From: Octopus sinensis
Lineage: Eukaryota
DNA: 64,000 nt
Direction of reading: 5' to 3'
NCBI RefSeq assembly: GCF_006345805.1
Contig: NC_042997.1
Span: 72,850,001 to 72,914,000, forward strand
Shown: one piece after another, positions 1-9,179 of the stretch
How positions within the stretch are numbered: position 1 is the first letter of the stretch
Layout of the letters: each line of letters opens with the position of its first letter
Notes under the pieces: generated by a model
The model's database searches: none
What the model was told of the DNA's origin: nothing
Seen by the model: the letters and a program-made list of their open reading frames with translations, nothing else
Position numbers and translations under genes: made by a program

Positions 1-694
1 GCAAAAGAGAGCCGTACATTTAATTTATGAAAATGTACCAATAGACTGAAATGTCTATATACTGTTTCATATCACTTCAAAAAAAAAAAAAAGAAAAGAA
101 AATTAAAGAAAAGAAATGTAAAAGAACTATATGCTATTATTACTAATGAAGACTTTTGCAAAATTATCTTACAAATATCCTCAGCATATATACTCTTTGT
201 ATAAATGATATTATATAAAATGATTTTTAAAAATACTTTAGAAATATAAACAGATACAAAACAAGATTAAAGTATCACTGATATCATGAGAAAAAAATGT
301 ATTTTGCTATTTAGTTTTGAATTATTTTTGTGGCTTCTATTTTATCAAATTACATCACTTGAAAGAGAATAATTTCGATGGTTCTTCTTTCTATCACTCT
401 TTGATTCTAAAGATATTTATCCTATTTCATCAAATATAAAATTTTTACTCTTTGATTCATGTACATTGAGCTAAGTCTGCTAAAGCTAGACATCAGTTCA
501 TTATTTCACAAAGCACCACATCTGAATATATTGATTTTATCATTATTTTTCTTTATTTTCCAAATCTAAACAATTTGTGAAAAATTACCACTGTATATAT
601 ATGTATATATATAATAATAAATATTAGGGAATAAATCCAAATTTACAGGGAAAAATTAGATTTAGGATTGAATCCAATTTTATAGTAAAATATT

Positions 695-868
695 ATATTA
701 TATTAAATTAGAGACAAAACCACTATTATGCAAATCAAACAAAGACTTAAGCCAATACATAAAATAATTTATATAATTAAATTTAATTATATAAATTATT
801 TTATGTATTGGCTTAAGTCTTTCTTTGTTTGATTTGCATAATAGTGGTTTTGTCTCTAATTTAATATA

Positions 869-872
<4 letters not shown>
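695..872. repeat. Spacerless palindrome (arms 87 and 91 bp)
   Basis: 695-781 is the reverse complement of 782-872 apart from a 4-nt insertion in the right arm. Confidence 0.95.

Positions 873-903
<31 letters not shown>
873..903. repeat. (TA)n microsatellite
   Basis: Direct reading. Confidence 0.95.
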
Positions 904-908
<5 letters not shown>

Positions 909-3735
909 TGGGTATAGGGATATGGCTACCTACTATGTATATTTCCAATTTAGTACTGGGGATGTTTCATTTATGTGGACATACTCCTGTATTTGTCTAA
1001 GAGTTGGGTCTTTCAGGTGCTTGGATAAAATGTGGAGGTCAAGTTAATCCAGGTTGCCTCCATGTTGGTAGAGTATGGAGGACTGTTTTTTATCGTCATA
1101 TTGTCTCAAATGTTCATTCAGTCTTTCTGCAATGCTCCATGATGCCTTCCCTATATATTTCATGTTTGTGTCTTTACAAGCACCTTATGCAGTAGACTAC
1201 ATTTCGAGTTCTACAGTTAATCCTGCATACCATGCAGTTATCATTGGTGCATGTGGTATTCTCAAAGAAGTACATCCTACATAGTTGTGATCTGATGGAG
1301 CTCCCTGGCATTTCAACGATCTTAACGTTAAGTTTGGCCTCCCTCAAAGCTCTCCTAAATCTACGGGCTAGTTCTCCATTGGCTGTGGCATCTACAAACA
1401 TCACTCCTTGATAATTGTCTGTCTTGTACCATGTGTTCACCCTGTTTGCTTTGTCACAAGTTCTTTCTATCCTATTCCAGTCTTTGTACATTTAGGGCAG
1501 GTAGCACTGGTTTCATTACATATGATGTTATCTAACTTCTTTCTAGCATCCCTGTATACTCGAATCCTATCTTTCTGATCATATCCAGAGATTTGCATGT
1601 GGTGCATGAAGTTCTGCACATGTTCCTTTGTTTCACAGGGTTTGCATAGTGGGGAGACATTGTTCATTATCCTAAGTCTGATATCAATATTTGATTTTCA
1701 TGTTGTGTGACAAAGCTGAGGTCTTGTGAACATTGTATTTCAAAGCGATGGGTTTCATGTTATAGGAGTGGAGGAGCTGCATTCTGTTGTTCAAAGTCTC
1801 TAACCAAAGTTCAGTATCAAGGACGGGGTGTCTATTGTTAAGGTGCCTAGTGGGATAATCTATAGTTACCTTGATACTTTGGAAGATGGAGTTAGCTACA
1901 TGCTGGAGGCTCTCCATTATGTTCCTCAAGGTTTCTGCATTACCATTACTAGAGTTGGTCTTAACTAGAATATTAATGTCATCTACATACCTACAGTAAA
2001 GTAAAAGAGTTGTGGACTGTTCTGCTAAGGATTGTTTAAGTTTTCTGCCCCATCAGGTGATGAAGAGTTTGGCCACATCTCCAGCTACACTGGCACCAAT
2101 GGCTGCACTTTGAACCTGCATGTATAGTTTCCTGTTAAACTTTACTATGTGGTTACTCTTTTACTTGTTTCAGTCATTTTACTTCAGCCATGCTGGAGCA
2201 CTGCCTTTAGTTGAGCAAACTGACCCCAGGACTTATTCTTTGTAAGCCTAGTACTTATTCAAATTGGTCTCTTTTGCTTAACTGCTAACTTACGGGGATG
2301 TAAACACACCAGCATCGGTTGTCAAGCAATGTTGGAGGGGGACAAACACACACACACACACATATATATATATACGAGGAGCTTCTTTCAGTTTCCGTCT
2401 ACCAAATCCACTCACAAGGCATTGGTCGGCCCAAGGCTATAGTAGAAGACACTTGCCCAAGGTGCCACGCAGTAGGACTGAACCTGGACCCATGTGGTTC
2501 ATAAGCAAGCTACTTACTACACAGTCACTCCTGTGCCTATTCTTCAAGATGATTCTTATGTTAGCCCCTATTGCATGTGCAATCATTCTTTTCACCTGAT
2601 TGTTGTTCTCGGGATCTAGAGTGGGCATGGTCCAGCCACTCCAGCGCTTTTCTTCACTGCTGAGGTGATGGTGGGTGGTCTTCCCCTCTGTGACTTGGTG
2701 GAGCAGAATCTACTAAGGCCATGGTTGATAGATAGTTACTGTCATAGCTTAGTTTAAGGAGGAGGCACAGTTCCCTCACGTTGACTTCACTCTCATAGAT
2801 AGTCTCAATGCATTTTTCCACCGCAAAATCTATGTCTATAGATGGGTAGAGTGAAATTACATCCATACTATCCACTAAACAACCTGTGAGGTCATTGGAG
2901 TGGTTGCAACTACTGATTCTACTGGGGAGATACTCCATGCTCACAGACATCTGGGGACATTTCTGAGTGGTTATAACACATGTGAGAGGAAGTAGCATAG
3001 TCTATAATTGCTGGAGATATTCACTCTACAAACTGGTCGGGTCGGGGGCCCCATAATGGGGTTTACATAGGGTTTATGGTCTTTACACAATTTGTATAAC
3101 GTAGGAACATTGTAGAACACTTGGAAATAATGTGCAGCCCGTTTCTTGGGTTGGAGTATGTTGCACCACATTCTCATGTGTACATTGAGGAGTTTTTCCA
3201 CTCTTTCATGTTCCTGGGGTGCAACTTCCCTCATGCTACTGATATGTTGTTGCATGATCTGGACATAATTCTGTGGGCTGTAAATTGAGTCTGCCAGACT
3301 TGTCTGTAGGGAGGCACAGTAATTCCATATTTCTAATTCGCTGTTTCAGTTTTTGTAGGCCTTTGGCAACAGATGAACTGAGTTGGTGGATCTCCCCCTC
3401 ATTATGTTTTTTAGTGATTTTGTTGTACTGGTCTAAGATGTGTCGGAGTCTATTTCTAGCTAAGGAGATCTTTACTACACTGTCAATCTGAGGTGGGAAA
3501 CATACCCTTTTGTTGAAGGTCAAGTCTATCGGGTAAATCCTTGTCATGTCATATGATTTATTGTTAGGGTTGTAGAAGACAGAGTGTAGGGTGTTATTAT
3601 CGTTGTGGTTGTTTTTATAGTTGCTAGTGGTGGTGGTAGTGCTTATGTTGTATCCGTTGTTGTTATTGTTGTGGGTAATGTTGATGTTGGTGGTAGTGGT
3701 GTGAATGATGTTGGTATTGTTGTTATTCTAGTTAA
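904..3735 (-). mobile_element. Penelope-like retroelement (RT + zinc-finger/GIY-YIG), frameshifted pseudogene, probably Naiad/Chlamys-type
   Basis: Minus-strand fragments in the expected order: LPTDKSGR (ORF 3236-3547), SMDVISLYPSID (ORF 2654-2998), CRYVDDINI (about 1970-2000), WYKTDNYQGVMFVDAT...KIVEMPG...C-C-CxxC...CRTRNVVYCIRC (ORF 1174-1491), KYIGKASWSIAERLNEH (about 1110-1165). The 3' end abuts (TA)n. Confidence 0.85.
2154..2538 (-). mobile_element. tRNA-derived SINE (Octopus-type) inserted into the Penelope RT
   Basis: Minus strand reads aggcacaggagtgactgtgtagtaag...gggtccaggttcagtcctactgcg (tRNA-like A/B-box head), then a central CA/TA microsatellite and an AT-rich tail. It splits ...IILKN|HIVKF... 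of the RT. Confidence 0.85.
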
Positions 3736-3888
3736 GACCAATTCTAGGAAAGTGTTGGGTCCATTCTCTATTTGTGCCTTATTTAACACACTCACCATTT
3801 CAGTTTCCACTCATTTACTTCTTTATTTTTTCTAAAAATTTTCGTTACATCTTGCAACCTTTTCAATAGTCGTTGACTCTGTCTGTTT

Positions 3889-4260
3889 AAGGTTGTGAGC
3901 TGGCAGAATCGTTAGCATGTCAGGCAAAATGCTTAGCAGTATTTCGTCTGCCGTTACGTTCTGAGTTTAAATTCCGCCAAGGTCGACTTTGCCTTTCATC
4001 CTTTCAGGGTCGATAAATTAAATACCAGTTGCACACTGGGGTTGATATAATCGATTTAATTTGTTTGTCCCCTTGTGGGTAGTAAAGAAATAGATATTTC
4101 GTCTGTCCTTACATTCTGAGTTCAAACTCCACCGAGGTCGACTTTGCCTATCATCCTTTCGGGGGTTGATAAATTAAGTACCAACTGTGTACTGGGGTCG
4201 ATCGAATCGACTGGCCTTCTCTCCCCAAATTTCAGCCCTTGTGCCTAGAGTAGAAAAGTG
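3889..4260 (+). mobile_element. tRNA-derived SINE with Nin/Deu-like core, internally duplicated
   Basis: A box tggcagaatcgttag; B boxes gtttaaattcc and gttcaaactcc; core ggtcgactttgcct(t/a)tcatcctttc..gg(t)cgataaattaa.tacc present twice (about 3942-4090 and 4096-4255). Confidence 0.8.
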
Positions 4261-4479
4261 CTGGGTCCATCACAAAATCCATTTTCTTTCAATTAAAAAC
4301 AAAAGTAAACAGGTATAGGGGACACTACTAACAAAGAGTCATATACATAATGACTACAAAGCTGCAACATGATCAGTTGACTATTTTTGGCATTTTATCT
4401 TCTTTTTCTATTTGTGTTGTTCATTACTGCTTTAACTGGAATCCTGTAGAGATTACATTTAGGCTACTCCTGCTATACC

Positions 4480-5545
4480 AGGAACACAGCGCAATAGGAT
4501 TAAACTTTTCTGTCATGACCTGTAGGGCTATAATAAATAAATGGGGGGCTAAAAACCGAGCCCTGGTGACCTGCTTGCACACTAAGTTCCTTACTATTTT
4601 CATTGTTGATTCTCACCTTACTGACAGTATCCCTGTACACGGCTTGAATGGCTCTCACTAGCCATTTTACTCCTAGCTTTCACTGACCACTGGATTTGAG
4701 AATGAGGGACAGTGTCAAAAGCTTGCTTCTTCTGCCATTGCCTTATTAGGAAGACAGCATCAGTAGTGTTTCTTTCTGGTACATAACCAAACTGCATCTC
4801 ATCTAGGTTAACTCTCTTCCTAATTAGTTGAGGTATAACCTTTTCTGTAACTTTCATTACCTGGTCCAGCGACCGCAGGAAAAGCATTTAGCCAAAAGTA
4901 AATTGATGAATTTTGTATTTGTCAACATGGAGAAAGCCTTCGACACTGTCACTCACTCTCACATCCAGCAGCCACTGTGGAAGTTAGTAGATAAATTGGC
5001 TAGTACAGGGATGCTGTCATTAAGATGAGCGTTAACAATGAACATAGTAAGAAATTTAGTTGAGTAAGACCCTTTCTGTAACTTTCATGACCTGGACAAG
5101 AAATTAAATACCTTTGCCATTACTTCTTAGGCATTCTGTTATCTTTGTAGAAGCTGACTATAATGCTGCTACACCAGTCATTGTGTATAGTACTTTTCTG
5201 GACAACCTGATCAACCATACAGATGACTAGGCTGTATCCCACTCCACCAGATATTTTAAGGACTTTGGCAGTTATTCCTGATGTACCAAGGGCTTTCCCA
5301 GTCTTCATATTTTCAATTGCTTTGTCTATCATACTGCTGTCAACCCAGATAGCTGATCCCTGTTGAGTCTACATTAGGAAGACTCACCTTCATCCTTACA
5401 TTCTCCACATTTAGCAGTTTCCATTAGTAGAAGCTTTCTTTTCAGAATCACTAAATGCATACACACTTCTATTCTACATCACAATTTCCTTTGAAAACAC
5501 TGTCTCCCAATCTGGAATACCTCATTCTTCAAAGAATTTTATTCG
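4480..5545 (-). mobile_element. Old RTE LINE RT fragment with an internal inverted segment (4874-5062)
   Basis: Minus strand: [37 protein letters not shown]; plus strand in the middle: QEKHLAK..NMEKAFD. Confidence 0.8.
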
Positions 5546-6519
5546 CATAAACATCATCCTGATACAAATGTGAATATTTTCTTGTAAGGCATGAAATTTT
5601 TAAAAGGCAATCAAGAGTTTGGAATTGCTTTACTAGGTGTCCAGACCTTTCATGTGCTAAATGCTGCTAACATTTTCAAAGGAAGTGAAAAGTTAGCATG
5701 TGCCACATGTGTTTTGAGTTAAGAATGCAAGAAAGTATTTAGAGATATTTTAATGAGTTGATTGTATCAGCTGTGAAGTGTGAACCAGACTCTTGAAAAA
5801 GACAAAACAATGTTACAGTGAGAGAGAGGGGGGGGGGTTCTTTTAATGCTTGGTGTGTATAGGGAGCTTTTCAAGGATGCTGTCCCACAAATTCGAAGTA
5901 TAAATAAAACACATACACTGTGTGTTGCTTTCAATTCGTAATTACACTGAATGGTTGTTGAAAGGAAAGCAACCCTAAGTGCTTTCTTGTTTTGTGCCTT
6001 CTCTATTTCTACAATGTACACCATCATTATTCCCAACTATCGTCATTTTCTTGATTTGTTGTGACCTTGCTTTCTCTATTTCTATTCCATCATGTCTCTA
6101 CCTATCACCATCTCCTTTCTCTCAACATCTTATCCAGATCCTTTTCCTTCAACTTCCATTCTGATATCACTATATTCTTTTCACTCCTGCTTACTCAACA
6201 GTTACACATTTTCTCCACCTTTCTTGCACTTGTAGGACTAATATCCAAACTTCTAAATTTTCATTTTCTCCTCCCACATCACTTTGGTTAATTTTATTTT
6301 GTACTTTTTTAATCATAAAAGACTTCAAACATTGTCACTGCTTTCCAAATCCTGCTGCATTTCACATAGAATCTTTGTTTCTCGAAAGTTGTCTTGGTGT
6401 ATAAGTTGACCTACCTTTTTTGGCTGTAAATTTTAGTCTGAAAAATTCAACTTGTATGCCAGGAAATATGATGTGCATAATTTCTTTTTTGTCTAGTCTA
6501 TAACAAAACACCTATGAGC

Positions 6520-6829
6520 TAATAGTAAAATACCAGCCAGGGTCGTTGCCAATGCTACTGGACTGGCTCTTGTGCAGGTGGCACGTAAAAAACACCATTT
6601 GAGCGTGGCCATTGCCAGTACTGCCTGACTGGTCCTCGTGCCGGTGGCACGTAAAAGAACCCATTGCACTCTCGGAGTGGTTAGCATTAGGAAGGGCATC
6701 CAGCTGTAGAAACTCTGCCAGATCAAGATTGGAGCCTGGTGTAGTCACCTGGGTCACCAGTACTCAGTCAAATTGCCCAACCTACGCTAGCATGGAAAGC
6801 GGACGTTAAACAACAATGATGATGATGAT
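6520..6829 (+). mobile_element. RTE 3'-tail derived element (2-3 modules + GAT tail)
   Basis: ggtggcacgtaaaa modules, ttaggaagggcatccagctgtagaaac, gctagcatggaaagcggacgttaaa, (gat)n. Confidence 0.85.
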
Positions 6830-7194
6830 TTATACATTTTAACTCTGAAAGGAAATATCCAAATAACTCAGACAAAGCTTAGTTACATCCTTTTTTTGTC
6901 ATCATTTATCACCATCATCACACTTGCTGGCAATAGATAAAGACTCTAATATTTTTATTTCAAGCTTGTCTTTTGCATTCTCTATATTGTCTAAGGCTCA
7001 ACATCTAGAAATTTCATCTCAATGGTAATTACCCAAATCTCTAATGGTTATTTAACTGTTAGCAGATAGAAGTTCGTCAATCAGTTATTCATGGAAGTCA
7101 CTATAACATTCATGATAAAACTATTTCTCAATTAATGTGAGATTTTGTAGTCACAGTTTCACTATGCTTCAAAGTCCACAGCATACTATAGTTC

Positions 7195-8250
7195 CGATAA
7201 GTATTAACTGGAGCATGAAGCGAACATGGTCCATTGGATGGGTAATGTCAGTGTGCATGTACAACAGAGTATAAATGACTGAAAAAGAACTGGGTATAAG
7301 GGGCACCAGATATAGCATGCAAGGGAGAAGACTGTACTGGTATGCTCATGTGATGCATATGGATAAGGACAGTAGCATAAAAAAAGTGACAATCTCTAAT
7401 TGTAAAGGGAACTTGTGTCAGGGATAGACCCAGGAAGATGTGGAATGAAGTGGTGAGAAATGATCTGCAGAGGTTGAACTTCAGAGAGATGACAAAAGAC
7501 CAAGACTTTTGGTGATTTGCTGTATTAGAGAAGACATGTCAAGCTAAGTAAAATCATGACCATACATACAGGCAAGTCCTGTGCAGCCATACTTCCATTT
7601 CCCTCACACATACAATTGTCCTCTGGCAAAACTCCCCTATAACCCATCTTCCCAACAAAACCAACCACCCACTCTCCCTCATGTACCTATCAGCACACTC
7701 TCTCTGTCTTTACATATCTGCCAGGCCCACCTCCCAGCCACTCCAATTCCTTTCATCATCACTTGCTATCTCTAAATATCTCTCCTCACACTCTTACTAC
7801 TTATATTCTCCACCACTGTTCCTTCTGGGTATGCCTTTTTTTCTAACTTCCCTCTCCTTCTTTATACTACTGGGGTAGCCAAGTATCTCCTCTGTAGTAA
7901 GACAGCTATCCTTGTTCCTCTATAATAGTCCAACATCTTGCTTGGCTCATAGGCTTTTCTCTCATTTTCACTCTCGCTGCTGAGAGGTCCATGTCTTGCA
8001 AGCTACTTGGTAACCCTGCAAGAGCTGGAAAAGCACCCATGCTGATGCTATGTAAAAAAGAACCTGTGCTAGTGTAACATAAAAAGCACCCTGTACAATC
8101 TGTAAAATGGTTGAAATTAAGAACATCCAGCAGTAGAAACCATTCCAAAACAAACAATTGGAGCTTGGTGCAACCCTCTGGTTTGCCAGTTCATCTCAAG
8201 ACTGTCCAACCCATGCCAGCATGGAGAATGAACATTAGATGGTGATGATG
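7195..8250 (+). mobile_element. Old RTE 3' end (C-terminal coding remnant, CT-rich UTR, tail)
   Basis: catggtccattggatgggtaatgtcagtgtgcatg and gatagacccaggaagatgtggaatgaagtggtg match the RTE C-terminus; degenerate tail ccatgccagcatgg...gatgatga. Confidence 0.7.
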
Positions 8251-8621
8251 AGGATTTAGATAATGGTTATTTTCAGAGTTGAAAGTGTAATATTGATTAA
8301 TTAATACTTTTTGGCTTAAAATTTCAGTCCTACTGCATGGCACCATGACACTCTTTACTGTCACTTTAGACTGACTAATGCCTTGTCAGTGAATTCAGGA
8401 GAGAGAGGGAGAGAGAGAGAGAATGTGTGCATGTGCAGCTGTCTGAATCTTCTCATTTCACTTGTCATGGTGTAGACATAGCAGGACTGATGTTAATATT
8501 CTGACTGGTTGCTCTGTGATTTTGGAAACCAGGTGAGGGCTGGCAACAAGAGAAAATTCTGTCCCAAAATCAATTCCCCATCAAATCTTGCTAGCAAAAA
8601 AAAAAAAAAAAAAAAAAAAAA

Positions 8622-8761
8622 CCCTAGCATTGATTCTGACATTACCAGGCCCAAAGCCAGATCCACTCTCTCACATCTACCCTACAATGTCATTCTACAA
8701 ATAAACTACTACTTCATGACTAATTTTAAATATGCATTACATTTGTCTTAATGCTAAGGGG
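8622..8761. mobile_element. piggyBac-type MITE, degenerate
   Basis: ccctagcatt...atgctaagggg|TTAA; internal ctaccctacaatgtcattcta shared with the copies at 22958 and 49830. Confidence 0.65.
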
Positions 8762-8959
8762 TTAAACAAACAAACTATACAAAGTATGTTAGCATCAACT
8801 TAAGCATTAAGTTTGTTAATCAGTTCACTATCAACTCATTATTAGTGAGCCATTAGTGAAATTCATGGACATCATTTCAGTGATGCATCTACAGTTGTAC
8901 TTATGATGAACTTGTTTGTAAACTACAACAATAGAATTATTTAGGGTGTTATGAGTAGT

Positions 8960-8965
8960 TTTATT
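8960..8965 (-). terminator. Candidate BOP1 polyadenylation signal AATAAA
   Basis: TTTATT on the plus strand, about 60 nt downstream of the BOP1 stop codon. Confidence 0.5.
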
Positions 8966-9025
8966 ATGGAGATTGCTGCATAAGTGTAAAGATGAAAAAT
9001 ATATCTATGTAGAAAGTAATTCTCT

Positions 9026-9179
9026 TTAAGTGTACAAACGAATGTAGCCATCGGCACCTGAAGAAAAGAGCCAGGGTTGCGTTGGGTGGAACTGGCAGTC
9101 CAATACTCCAAGGCCATTCACTGAGTCATGACCATGTAGAACTTTAACAGGTACAAGAAGTGGATTCTGTAGAAGATCA
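9026..9179 (-). CDS. BOP1: BOP1 exon 19 (last coding exon)
   Basis: [50 protein letters not shown]; stop TAA at 9028-9026. Confidence 0.98.

Noticed and set aside
1140-1300. Possible selenocysteine (TGA) codons in the PLE zinc finger, as in some Naiad elements
   Set aside because: The Cys positions are TGT/TGC; the ORF break is a frameshift producing TAA, not an in-frame TGA.
8596-8621. Poly(A) run as the tail of a processed retrocopy
   Set aside because: The upstream sequence shows no spliced-gene or SINE similarity and I found no TSD; treated as a simple homopolymer beside a MITE.
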